A stretch of 64,000 nucleotides of DNA, from NCBI GenBank assembly GCA_037442025.1, contig JBBIRB010000010.1:4002-68001 (forward strand), given 5' to 3'. Shown here piece after piece: positions 18,181 through 27,618 of this stretch (position 1 is the stretch's first letter; every line of letters starts with the position of its first letter). The notes under the pieces were generated by a model. The model saw only the letters and a list, made by a program, of their open reading frames with translations. It did no database searches and was not told where the DNA came from. The position numbers and the translations under genes were made by a program. The DNA is from Bacteroidales bacterium. GTDB taxonomy: Bacteria; Bacteroidota; Bacteroidia; Bacteroidales; Tenuifilaceae.

Positions 18181-19572
18181 ATGAAAAAACTAATTTCTCT
18201 ACTATCGATATTGGGGACCGTTGGGCTTTTGCAAGCACAATCCGATTTGAGTTTGCCCTTCATGAATAATGTTTTTCAAGCATCGTACCTTAACCCAACG
18301 GTTCGGTCGGAGCATACCCTGAGCATAGGCTTCCCATTTACTTCGTCCATTTCAACTCAGGTTATTCACAATGGGTTTGTGCCTGGCTCGGCATTTAAGT
18401 TTGTTAACGATACCCTTACCCTATTTCCCGATAAAATTCCCGCTGCACTAAACAAGCAGAGCATGCTTTATGCAGGGGTAGGATTAGAGTTCTTTCACCT
18501 TCGATTTAAAAGGCACAATTGGGATTTCTGGTTCTCGGTTCGTCAGGTTCACGAAATGTCGTTTTTTTACCCCAAGGACCTTGTAAATCTGGCCGTTTAT
18601 GGCAATGGCGAATTTGTTGGCCAAACTTTAGACCTGACGCCACTGGGAGCTAATTTGTCGCTTTACCGTGAATACTGTTTCGGAATGGCTGCCGAAACCA
18701 ACGATTGGGTATTTGGAGGTAGAATTAGCTTGCTGCAGGGGCTTTCCAATGCCTATTTAAAACCCAATTCGCTTAGCATCTCAATTGACGATGATATGTA
18801 TTCCCATACAGGTGATGCCCGTGGTACGCTTTACACTTCCGGAATACCACTCGACTCGACCAGAATGCCCAACTTCGAAAAATTTATACCCGACGACTTT
18901 TCACTGTCGACTGCAACCAAAACCTATGCCTTCGATTATCTTACCCGTTTTCGAAATCCTGGTGTTGCCCTAAGTGCCGGAGTAACTTATAAGTACGACC
19001 AGCGCACAACCTTCACCTTCGCCTTCAGCGATTTGGGTTTCATTTACTGGAGCGACAGCACGCGGAACTTCCTTCTAAAGGGTAACCATAGGTTTGAAGG
19101 TGCCGATTTGCTTGCCGACTTTTTGTATGGAAAAGATATGGATTATGATACCATTATGACTACCATTCTTAATAGCTTTTCCGACGAGGAGTATAGCGAA
19201 TCGTACTTGGTTTGGCTCTCGCCAAAATTTTACTTAAGGGGAAACTATAAAATTGCCAAGCGCACCGAACTGGGCTTTCAGCTTTACACTACATATAACC
19301 GAAGGTTCTATCCTGCTTTCACCGTTGGAATGCAGCAGGGTTTAGGACGCTTTTTCAATTTGCTGCTCACTGGCTCAGTAAACCAACGATCTTTTACCAA
19401 CTTGGGGCTGGGGCTCCTATTAAAGCCTGGAACCATGCAAATATATATTTTGGCAGACAACTATTTTTCGCCCGTTGTCGATCCGCTTTCGTTCACCAAT
19501 CTTAATTTGCGAGTTGGGATGAATATGGTGTTTGGGCGGGTTAAAAAGCCTCAGGGACTTCCTTACCGTTAA
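18181..19572 (+). CDS. Outer-membrane beta-barrel protein, uncharacterised (N-terminal motif loosely PorP/SprF-like)
   Basis: 463-aa ORF starting 5 nt after the lipoprotein gene. It has signal peptide MKKLISLLSILGTVGLLQAQ, then SDLSLPFMNNVFQASYLNPT. The sequence has beta-strand-rich aromatic periodicity. Confidence 0.55.
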   Translation: MKKLISLLSILGTVGLLQAQSDLSLPFMNNVFQASYLNPTVRSEHTLSIGFPFTSSISTQVIHNGFVPGSAFKFVNDTLTLFPDKIPAALNKQSMLYAGVGLEFFHLRFKRHNWDFWFSVRQVHEMSFFYPKDLVNLAVYGNGEFVGQTLDLTPLGANLSLYREYCFGMAAETNDWVFGGRISLLQGLSNAYLKPNSLSISIDDDMYSHTGDARGTLYTSGIPLDSTRMPNFEKFIPDDFSLSTATKTYAFDYLTRFRNPGVALSAGVTYKYDQRTTFTFAFSDLGFIYWSDSTRNFLLKGNHRFEGADLLADFLYGKDMDYDTIMTTILNSFSDEEYSESYLVWLSPKFYLRGNYKIAKRTELGFQLYTTYNRRFYPAFTVGMQQGLGRFFNLLLTGSVNQRSFTNLGLGLLLKPGTMQIYILADNYFSPVVDPLSFTNLNLRVGMNMVFGRVKKPQGLPYR

Positions 19573-19594
19573 AAAAACCGAAAACTTTACAACC

Positions 19595-21961
19595 ATGATA
19601 GGCAGAATTTTTCACAAAGCAGCAGTTGTAATCGCCCTGTTTGTTACTCTTGCTGCGCAATCGCAAACCTCGTTTGTGCCCAAGAACTTGGGACCTCAAG
19701 TCAATTCAGAGTATCCAGAGATTAATCCGGTACTTTCTTCCGATGGAAAAACACTCTTTTTTACTCGGGTTAACCATCCTGAAAATGGTTTCGGGCCGAA
19801 CGATAGCCAGGATATATGGTTTTCGAAGCAGAACGAAGATGGTACTTGGGCTCCCGCCCAAAGAGCGCCCGAACAATTGAATATTGGCCGCTATAATGCC
19901 ATTCTGGCTGCATTGGACGATGGTAAATCGTACTTGCTGTTGGGACGTTTCAATAAAAAGGGTACCCGGTGGCAAACCCGAGGGCTTTCAATTATTGAAC
20001 GCAAAAGCGAAATGGAGTGGGGTGATCCAATTCCTTTATCCGTTCGAGGTTTTAAGAGAATTAACCGAGGTAGGGTGGTTTCGGCCTATATTACTCCCGA
20101 CAGGCAACTCATTTTCTTGGCTTTTTCAACGTCAACCAATGGTAGAAAACTAAGGCTATATGTTTCGCAACATAAGGATGATTTCAGCTATTCCAAGCCC
20201 AAGTCGCTCAGAGGCGGAATTGAGGATGCTCGAAGCGCCGAAGCACCCTTTATTACCAACGATAAAAATAGGCTTTACTTTTCTGCCATGTTCGCATCGA
20301 GGGGCGATAACTACGATATTTACTATTCGCAACGCACCGACGAAACCTACCGCAATTGGTCGGAACCCATTAGGGTAACCGATACCATTAATTCCAAGAA
20401 TTGGGATTCGTACTTTAAATTGAATACAAAGGGGAGTTGGGCATATTTCAGCTCCATTTCAAATTCATTAGGAATGTCGGATATATTCAGAGTAAAAATT
20501 TTTGAAGAGTTTCCGTTTGTTCGTGTTTCGGGGCTGGTTCTTAATCAGGCCGACCAAACCTTGATGGTTAAGGATACTGCCTATAGCATTACGGTGAACG
20601 GTGAACGATTTGCTGATTTGAAACTCGATAAGGCTTCGGCTTCCTATGAAGTGCTACTTCCCCTAGGGGGAGCATACGTATTAAATCCTGAAATGGAGAA
20701 TTGGAATGGCCTTTCGTCAACAATCGACCTAACAAGCGTTCGGGAGTACTCCGAGGCCAACCTGAACCTCTATTTTTCAGCTATACCATTTGTTCAGGTA
20801 AGTGGTAGAATTATTGATACCCGCACCAACTTGCCCATTGCGCTCGATAAGAAGCCCCTTGTATGGATAAATGGTGCTCCATCGGATTCTATTAAATACG
20901 ACCAGTTCTCAGCGGCCTTTCAGGCACTCCTGCCTTTGGGTGTTTCGTATTCTTTCGAACCGAAAGTTGAAAACTTTACTGGTTCACCTGTAATTGTTGA
21001 TGTTTCAAACGAGACCGCTTTCCAAAAACGGGAAGCTGTTCTATACGTAACCTCCGTACCCTGGGTTGAAGTAAAGGGTACGGCGCTTGACAACAGTTCA
21101 TTTATACCCATTTTGGGCGATGCTAATCCCCAACTCCTTGTAAACGGGGTGGTTGCCGATACTGTTATAATCGATCCTGCCACTGGTGCATTTACCATTC
21201 GCTTACCCTTTGGGAAGGACTATAACCTCGCTGTTAAGGCAAAGGATTATAAACCCCTCCAAAATAAGATCGATTTGAAAGGCTATGTTGAATTTACCCA
21301 GCTATCCCAGAATGTTTTTGCCGAGCGTGAAGATGCTAATATGGCCATTCTGAGTGGGAAGGTTATAAACCTAAAAACAGGCAAACAACTCGAAGAGGGT
21401 TACGAGGTTCAAATGCGCATAAATGGGATGGAAACCAGAGCATTCGTGTACGACACAAAAAATGCCTCGTATACCCTGAAATTGCCCGTGGGTTACAACT
21501 ACGACCTAACGCCTAAAGTGGTTAATTTTTATAATAAGTTCGAGCCTGTTGATTTAACCAAGGTGGCTGCTCTATCTAAAATTCCTCGAAACTTTTATGT
21601 AACTCCCATAGAAGTGGGGCAATCGGTCGATATTGAGAATATCTACTTCGAAACCGGAAAGGCGGTGCTGAAACCCGAGTCATTCCGGTCGCTAAATGCA
21701 TTGGTGCAGTTCCTCAGCGAATACCCCAACGTGAAAGTTGAAATTGGTGGCCATACCGACGATGTTGGTTCTGCCTCGGTTAATCAGAAAATTTCTGAGG
21801 AACGTGCCATGTCGGTTGCTCAGTACGTAATGGCGCAGGGGGTTCCTGCTCATCGAATCGAATCGAAGGGTTATGGATTCTCGAAGCCTAAGGCTAGCAA
21901 TAAAACCGCCGATGGCAGAGCAAAGAACCGCAGGGTCGATTTTACAATAACTGGGATATAA
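19595..21961 (+). CDS. OmpA-family protein with TolB/PD40-like and carboxypeptidase-regulatory-like repeats
   Basis: I prefer the ATG at 19595 (MIGRIFHKAAVVIALFVTLAAQSQ signal) over the track start at 19532. The C-terminal OmpA_C domain reads IYFETGKAVLKPESFRSLNALVQFL...VEIGGHTDDVGSASVNQKISEERAMSV...NRRVDFTI. The N-terminus has PD40-like repeats (EINPVLSSDGKTLFFTR). Confidence 0.85.
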   Translation: MIGRIFHKAAVVIALFVTLAAQSQTSFVPKNLGPQVNSEYPEINPVLSSDGKTLFFTRVNHPENGFGPNDSQDIWFSKQNEDGTWAPAQRAPEQLNIGRYNAILAALDDGKSYLLLGRFNKKGTRWQTRGLSIIERKSEMEWGDPIPLSVRGFKRINRGRVVSAYITPDRQLIFLAFSTSTNGRKLRLYVSQHKDDFSYSKPKSLRGGIEDARSAEAPFITNDKNRLYFSAMFASRGDNYDIYYSQRTDETYRNWSEPIRVTDTINSKNWDSYFKLNTKGSWAYFSSISNSLGMSDIFRVKIFEEFPFVRVSGLVLNQADQTLMVKDTAYSITVNGERFADLKLDKASASYEVLLPLGGAYVLNPEMENWNGLSSTIDLTSVREYSEANLNLYFSAIPFVQVSGRIIDTRTNLPIALDKKPLVWINGAPSDSIKYDQFSAAFQALLPLGVSYSFEPKVENFTGSPVIVDVSNETAFQKREAVLYVTSVPWVEVKGTALDNSSFIPILGDANPQLLVNGVVADTVIIDPATGAFTIRLPFGKDYNLAVKAKDYKPLQNKIDLKGYVEFTQLSQNVFAEREDANMAILSGKVINLKTGKQLEEGYEVQMRINGMETRAFVYDTKNASYTLKLPVGYNYDLTPKVVNFYNKFEPVDLTKVAALSKIPRNFYVTPIEVGQSVDIENIYFETGKAVLKPESFRSLNALVQFLSEYPNVKVEIGGHTDDVGSASVNQKISEERAMSVAQYVMAQGVPAHRIESKGYGFSKPKASNKTADGRAKNRRVDFTITGI

Positions 21962-21975
21962 CATAGGTTTGGGAC

Positions 21976-22015
21976 AAAAAAGGGGAAGGCTGCTTAAAAG
22001 CAGCCTTCCCCTTTT
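21976..22015. terminator. Bidirectional rho-independent terminator between convergent genes
   Basis: aaaaa-aggggaaggctgc-ttaaaa-gcagccttcccct-ttt. The 13-bp GC-rich stem is flanked by an A run and a T run. Confidence 0.8.
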
Positions 22016-22028
22016 AAATTAAATACAA

Positions 22029-22484
22029 CTAACCCTGCGATAGCATGGTTTTTACCTTCTCCGAAACAGCTTTTCCATCGGCTTTGCCGGCGAGTGCCTT
22101 GGAGGCAACTCCCATTACCTTGCCCATGTCCGATGGTTGTTTGGCCCCAACCTGATCAATTATCTTTTTTAGTTCGAGGGTGAGCTCCTCATCGCTTAGC
22201 ATTTTGGGTAAATAGCACTCAATGGCTGCGGCTTCGGCTAGCTCCTTTTCAGCTAGTTCGGGCCTATTCTGTTGTATGTAAATTTCAGCCGATTCGCGGC
22301 GCTGTTTTACCTGCTTTTGCAGCAGTTTTGCTTCGGTGTCGGGAGTTAGGATATCCGACCCTCCCTTTTCGGTTTTGGCCAATAGAATAGCGCTTTTAAC
22401 AGCTCGGAGCGCTTCAAGTTTTACCTTTTCTTTAGCCAGCATGGCCAATTTAATATCCTGATTAATTTTTTCCTCGAGCGACAT
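22029..22484 (-). CDS. GatB/YqeY domain protein
   Basis: 151-aa ORF. MSLEEKINQDIKLAMLAKEKVKLEALRAVKSAILL...AEIYIQQNRPELAEKELAEAAAIECYLP matches the YqeY-like family pattern. Confidence 0.85.
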   Translation of the reverse strand: MSLEEKINQDIKLAMLAKEKVKLEALRAVKSAILLAKTEKGGSDILTPDTEAKLLQKQVKQRRESAEIYIQQNRPELAEKELAEAAAIECYLPKMLSDEELTLELKKIIDQVGAKQPSDMGKVMGVASKALAGKADGKAVSEKVKTMLSQG

Positions 22485-22495
22485 AGCATTTGAAT

Positions 22496-23965
22496 TTAGT
22501 CAACATTATCGTGTAGGTAAGCATTATCGGATTTCAGAAGATTATCATCGTCGTCCATTGAGAGTTTATACTTCGAAACCTTCGGGTTTAGCGAATGGGT
22601 ATAATCGTCGAGCTGTATGTTCTTTCGAACGTAAGCAGGCTGCCGTTCAATTAAATCAATATTGTCCTTGTGGACGATTGGTGATGGTTGAAGCAACGTT
22701 ATACGTGCGCTTTTATCGGGTTTGGGGTTAGTTCCCGGCGAAACCGTTTTAATTTGAAATGCCTCTTCGGTTTTTGTTTCTAAAGATACTTTGTTTTCCG
22801 ATGCGATTCCAAAACTATCGAACTCGATGGTTTTTTGGCGGGGATCGGGTTCGGAGAAACTTCGTTTTGGGGGTGCTGCAGGCTTCTCTTTAAATTCGAA
22901 AATAGGTTCTTTCACTTTCCTGTTTTCGCTCCTGTTCCCGTCGAGGGGGATTACATCTACCGTTCGCTGCCTATTGTAAAGTTCGGGAATGCTGTTTGTA
23001 CCAAATCCGGTTGCAATAACAGTTACGTTAAGGTGCTCGTTCAGGCTCGGGTCGGTTCCATTACCCCAAATCAGGTCGGCGTTTTCGCCAGCTGCCGACT
23101 GAATATAGTCGGTAATTTGGCCAATTTCGTCCATGGTTATTTCGTCGTCGCCCGATGTTACATTGAGCAGAATGTTTCGAGCTCCCGAAATATCGTTGTT
23201 GTTGAGCAGGGGCGATGAAAGGGCTTCCTTCACAGCCTTAATGGCTCGGTTTTCCCCCGAAGCTTTTGCCGATCCCATAATGGCTACCCCGCTGTTGCTC
23301 ATAACGGTTTCAACATCGGCAAAGTCGACGTTTATATAGCCATGTACAGTAATTATTTCGGCAATACCTTTTGCTGCAATGGCCAGCACATCGTCGGCCT
23401 TCGAGAATGCATCGGAAACCCTGAGGTCGCCATACATTTCACGAATTTTTTCGTTGTTAATAACAAGCAACGAATCGACGTGCTTCTCAATTTTTTCGAT
23501 CCCCTCGAGGGCTTGCTGTATTCTTCGTTTGCCCTCGTTTCGGAACGGAATGGTAACAATTGCAACGGTAAGAATACCAAGGTCTTTGGCTGCTTTTGCT
23601 ATAATGGGGGCTGCGCCTGTGCCTGTGCCGCCGCCCATTCCGGCAGTAATAAAAACCATTTTGGTGCTATCTTCCAGAACCTTAGTAACATCGTTAAGGC
23701 TTTCAATAGCAGCTTGCCTGCCAATTTCGGGTTTATTACCGGCTCCTCTTCCCTCGGTGAGCGAGGCGCCCAGCTGAATTTTTATGGGTACCTTGCTGCT
23801 GGCTAGTGCTTGGGCATCAGTATTGCATACCACAAAGTCAACATCTTTAATTCCTAAGCGGTGCATATGGTTTATAGCATTGCTGCCGCCACCTCCAACT
23901 CCAATAACTTTAATTATTGATTGGTTGTCGATGGGAATATCGAAAGGTATGAGTTCGTCGTACAT
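22496..23965 (-). CDS. ftsZ: Cell division protein FtsZ
   Basis: IKVIGVGGGGSNAINHM, the tubulin signature GGGTGTGAAP, and a long low-complexity C-terminal linker. I prefer the ATG at 23965 (MYDELIP...) because the track start at 24016 would overlap ftsA. Confidence 0.95.
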   Translation of the reverse strand: MYDELIPFDIPIDNQSIIKVIGVGGGGSNAINHMHRLGIKDVDFVVCNTDAQALASSKVPIKIQLGASLTEGRGAGNKPEIGRQAAIESLNDVTKVLEDSTKMVFITAGMGGGTGTGAAPIIAKAAKDLGILTVAIVTIPFRNEGKRRIQQALEGIEKIEKHVDSLLVINNEKIREMYGDLRVSDAFSKADDVLAIAAKGIAEIITVHGYINVDFADVETVMSNSGVAIMGSAKASGENRAIKAVKEALSSPLLNNNDISGARNILLNVTSGDDEITMDEIGQITDYIQSAAGENADLIWGNGTDPSLNEHLNVTVIATGFGTNSIPELYNRQRTVDVIPLDGNRSENRKVKEPIFEFKEKPAAPPKRSFSEPDPRQKTIEFDSFGIASENKVSLETKTEEAFQIKTVSPGTNPKPDKSARITLLQPSPIVHKDNIDLIERQPAYVRKNIQLDDYTHSLNPKVSKYKLSMDDDDNLLKSDNAYLHDNVD

Positions 23966-23990
23966 GGCTTTTGGTGTTTTTACCTTACAG

Positions 23991-25334
23991 TTACAATTCA
24001 GAGTCGTTCTCTTCAAAAATTTCGGTGAACTTGTTTTTGAGTATATCGATTAGTTTCGACTTGCGTACCTCTTTCTTCTTCTCCTCGGGGGTGCTAAGCT
24101 TCTGCTCTTTTTTGGTAATGTTTTGTTCTGGCTCGCGTGTTACCTCAGCAATGCTTTCATTCTGCTCGAAGCCTTTAAGCACAAGGCCTATTGCTGTAGA
24201 GTAGTTGGGTTCGTTAACTCCCTCAGGCGAATCGGCCGAGAGGTGCTCTGAGGGGAAGCCAATGCGTACATCGAACCCCGTTTTGTATTTTACAAGCTGA
24301 GGAAGGTTACGAAGTAAAGCGCCTCCGCCAGTAATTACAACACCTGCTCCCATTTTTTCGGCATAACCCGAATTTTCAATTTCGTACGAAACGGCATCAA
24401 TAATCTCCTCCATTCGGCTTTGAATGATGTAAGCGAGCGTTTTGAAGGAAATTTCTTTGGGGTCGCGGCCACTAATTCCGGGAATGGTAACAATTTTATC
24501 GTCGGGGGCCATGTCGCCCAGTGCAGAGCCAAACTGAACTTTCAACTGTTCGGCTTGACGTTGTAAGATTTGGCAGCCCTCTTTAATGTCGGTAGTAACC
24601 ACATTGCCCCCAAGGGGAATAACGGCGGTATGCCTAACAATACCATCGTAATAAACGGCAACGTCGGTAGTGCCACCGCCTATGTCGACAAGTGCAACGC
24701 CTGCTTCCTTTTCATCATCGGTTAGAACGGCCTCAGAGGAGGCAAGAGGCTCAAGAATGAGGTCGCTAACTTTTAAGCCAACCCTTTCAACGCATCGTTC
24801 GATGTTTTTGGCCGATAGCGTATTGCCAATTACAATATGGAAATTGGCTTCGAGCCTTCGACCCGACATGCCAATGGGGCTTTTTACGCCAGCCTCATTG
24901 TCGACGATGAAGTTTTGCGGAAGCACGTGGAGAATCTCCTCGCCCACCTCCACTGGAATTTTGTGCATGTCTTCTATTAGCTTCTTAACATCGAAGGTGG
25001 TTATTACTTCTTCGGCCGATGTTCGGTTTATGTAGCCACGGTTTCTAACGCTTCGGATGTGCTGACCAGCAATGCCCACAAAAACCTCGTCGAAAATTAC
25101 CCCCGATTTGGCTTGGGCTTCCTCAACAGTACGTTGAATGGAGGCAACAGTTTCTTCGATATTTGAAACTACCCCGCGCTTTATTCCTGTAGATGGTGCC
25201 TTGCTGAAGGCAACCACCTGTAGCTTTTTATTGGCATTAATTTTCCCGACAATGGTAACAATTTTGGTTGTTCCCAAGTCGATTGCGGCTACGTAATGAT
25301 TTTGGTTCGTCATGATTTCTATCGTTTTGTGCAA
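23991..25334 (-). CDS. ftsA: Cell division protein FtsA
   Basis: Actin-fold motifs (AIDLGTTKIVTIVG, VALVDIGGGTTDVAVY, GVVITGGGALL) and a C-terminal amphipathic tail. The start may be the internal ATG at 25313. Confidence 0.93.
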   Translation of the reverse strand: MHKTIEIMTNQNHYVAAIDLGTTKIVTIVGKINANKKLQVVAFSKAPSTGIKRGVVSNIEETVASIQRTVEEAQAKSGVIFDEVFVGIAGQHIRSVRNRGYINRTSAEEVITTFDVKKLIEDMHKIPVEVGEEILHVLPQNFIVDNEAGVKSPIGMSGRRLEANFHIVIGNTLSAKNIERCVERVGLKVSDLILEPLASSEAVLTDDEKEAGVALVDIGGGTTDVAVYYDGIVRHTAVIPLGGNVVTTDIKEGCQILQRQAEQLKVQFGSALGDMAPDDKIVTIPGISGRDPKEISFKTLAYIIQSRMEEIIDAVSYEIENSGYAEKMGAGVVITGGGALLRNLPQLVKYKTGFDVRIGFPSEHLSADSPEGVNEPNYSTAIGLVLKGFEQNESIAEVTREPEQNITKKEQKLSTPEEKKKEVRKSKLIDILKNKFTEIFEENDSEL

Positions 25335-26119
25335 ACTACCTGATTTTTATATTTTAAGTTTATTCTTTTGTACTTGTTCCAACCTTCGTATGGGAGCGCT
25401 TTTTCGTAGAAAATTCGCAGTTTCTCCATTTTCTCGGGATATTCGTCGAGGCTTCCGAGTTGAATTATATGGCCCCCCACTCGGGGTATAATTTCAATAC
25501 TGTTTGTGTTTGCCACATAAACCTGAGCAATTTGGGCATTCCAGAAACGATTGCTTGTAATGAATTGTGCAAACTCGTAGAGTTTGTATATGAAAAGTAC
25601 CGTATCGGTTGGGCTGTCGGGCCTCCATTGCATTAAGTTTAGGTTGTTTGTAATGGGGAAAGGCTCGTTGATATTGCCATTTATAACCAGTACGTGCGAA
25701 GTGTAACGGCTCGACCATGGGAAAATCTTCCCTTCTTCGTCGAAGTAGTAGCTAAGCTGCTCCCTATTAATGACCCGAGCAATGGGGCGGCGTTGAGTAA
25801 TTCGAACCGCCAGTCTGCCGTTAATTGTTTTGTATGCATCGACCTGTTTAACGGTATTGAACTGGGCAATTTTTTCTTCCAGTTTGAGGGTGTTTATTTC
25901 GTGTAGAGGTTTTCCTTTTGGCGATTCCCCTTTTTTCTCAATTAGTTTTACTACATCTTTTTTAGTTATAAATGCATTGGATAGGCTATCCTCAATGTAC
26001 ACATCTATTTGATTACACACTACCTTTCGGCTTGCATCGCGGGCAAACGATAATGAAGCTACTATGTATACCGTAATCAGTATCCATTTGAGAAAGTTTA
26101 TAATAGCATTCCTTTTCAT
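25319..26119 (-). CDS. ftsQ: Cell division protein FtsQ
   Basis: 266-aa ORF with an N-terminal TM (ILITVYIVASLSFA) and POTRA-like region. It sits between murC and ftsA and has a 4-nt overlap with murC. Confidence 0.8.
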   Translation of the reverse strand: MKRNAIINFLKWILITVYIVASLSFARDASRKVVCNQIDVYIEDSLSNAFITKKDVVKLIEKKGESPKGKPLHEINTLKLEEKIAQFNTVKQVDAYKTINGRLAVRITQRRPIARVINREQLSYYFDEEGKIFPWSSRYTSHVLVINGNINEPFPITNNLNLMQWRPDSPTDTVLFIYKLYEFAQFITSNRFWNAQIAQVYVANTNSIEIIPRVGGHIIQLGSLDEYPEKMEKLRIFYEKALPYEGWNKYKRINLKYKNQVVCTKR

Positions 26120-27510
26120 TGCCTTTCCTTGTTCTTCAGTGTTTCAGTTATTGAGTATGCCAGTTTATCGATATTGCCTGCACCCATGGTTAGGAGAATA
26201 TCGATTGGGTTTTCTTTTACAAAGGTTTCAATACCATTAAATGCACAATAACCCTTTTGGGGGCTTGTAACAGCATGGAGAATTAGCTGGGGTGTAACCC
26301 CTTCAATGGGCTCTTCGCGGGCCGGATATATATCGGTTACAACAGCATAATCTAAAATGCTTAAACTCTCAGCAAATTCTTTGGCAAAATCGCGAGTACG
26401 GGAGTACAAGTGGGGTTGAAATATGCCCGTAATTTTCCTGTTGGGGAACATTCGACGCGCCGACCCAATGGCGGCTTTCAGTTCTTCAGGGTGGTGAGCA
26501 TAATCGTCGATATATATGCTTTTTCTTCCCCAATGCCTCAGGTCGAAGCGACGATTTACTCCCTTAAAACTTTCGAGGCCACTCATAATTTGTTCCGCAT
26601 TTGCCCCTAGAATGCTTGCAACTGCTGAAGCGGCTACCGCATTTTCAACATTGTACAGACCCAAAACGCCCAACGAAATTTCTTCGATTGTTTGGCTCGG
26701 TATTTCGAGAGAGAAGGAGCTGAGGCCGTTTGTAAGCTTCAGATCTGTTGCCCTAAAATTTGCGTCGAGGTCGACAGCGTATGTGTAAACTTTTAAATCG
26801 TTGCGGTGGGCAGCAACCCATTCGAGGCCCTGTTTTACAATCAGAACCCCATTTGGTTTAAGATTGCTTACAAAATCTCTGAAAGCCTCCTGAACCTGCT
26901 TGTAGGTTCCAAAAACATCGAGGTGGTCGGCATCAATTGAGGTTATAATGGCAATATTGGGCATTAGCTGCAGAAAACTCCGGTCGAATTCGTCGGCCTC
27001 AACAACCAGAATGTTGCTCCCCCTGTCGTTCAGTATAAGATTTGACCCATAGTTTTTCGAAATTCCACCCAAAAAAGCATCGCAGCCCCCCAGGGTGTGG
27101 CATAGCAAATGTGCAAGCATGGTAGAAGTGGTGGTTTTACCATGGGTGCCAGCAACAGCAGCAGTAAAGCGGCTACCCGAAAGGATTCCAAGAGCCTGAG
27201 AACGTTTTACCACGTTGAAACCATGGGTTCTGAAAAAACTCAGTTCGCTATGGTTGTCAGAAACAGCTGGGGTGTAAACCACCAGCGTTTCTGTATCGGG
27301 CGTTCTGAATTCCTTCGGAATAAGGTCTATGCTGTCGGTATAATGTATTGCCATTCCCTCCTTTTCGAGTTGGGTGGTGAGTTCGGTTTGCGTGCTGTCG
27401 AATCCTGCAACGTCTAGTTGATGCTTACGGAAATAGCGCGCAAGGGCACTCATACCAATACCTCCAATACCTACAAGGTAAACCCTACTTATCCTTTCCA
27501 TTTCGTACAT
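26116..27510 (-). CDS. murC: UDP-N-acetylmuramate--L-alanine ligase
   Basis: VYLVGIGGIGMSALA and GTHGKTTTSTMLAH are Mur ligase motifs. The gene sits in the dcw cluster. Confidence 0.95.
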   Translation of the reverse strand: MYEMERISRVYLVGIGGIGMSALARYFRKHQLDVAGFDSTQTELTTQLEKEGMAIHYTDSIDLIPKEFRTPDTETLVVYTPAVSDNHSELSFFRTHGFNVVKRSQALGILSGSRFTAAVAGTHGKTTTSTMLAHLLCHTLGGCDAFLGGISKNYGSNLILNDRGSNILVVEADEFDRSFLQLMPNIAIITSIDADHLDVFGTYKQVQEAFRDFVSNLKPNGVLIVKQGLEWVAAHRNDLKVYTYAVDLDANFRATDLKLTNGLSSFSLEIPSQTIEEISLGVLGLYNVENAVAASAVASILGANAEQIMSGLESFKGVNRRFDLRHWGRKSIYIDDYAHHPEELKAAIGSARRMFPNRKITGIFQPHLYSRTRDFAKEFAESLSILDYAVVTDIYPAREEPIEGVTPQLILHAVTSPQKGYCAFNGIETFVKENPIDILLTMGAGNIDKLAYSITETLKNKERQ

Positions 27511-27618
27511 ACACCTATTGCTTTATTTCCAATTTGTTACAAATTTTAAAACTAACCTGCTCTTTTTAAGTCTACTGACAATAAAGTTATTACCAAGATT
27601 TCAACAAGTACAGTATGC

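Noticed and set aside
22791-24053. Several plus-strand ORFs of 60-154 aa inside ftsZ (for example 23342..23806 and 23379..23777), with similar antisense ORFs inside murD, mraY, murE, ftsI, katG and mfd
   Set aside because: They lie entirely antisense to, or out of frame within, genes that have unmistakable conserved motifs. Their translations are low-complexity with no recognisable domains. They are shadow ORFs.
27511-27618. The 108-bp gap between murC and murG inside the otherwise tightly packed dcw cluster
   Set aside because: It contains no ORF, repeat or hairpin of note. It is probably just an internal promoter or spacer and is not distinctive enough to report.
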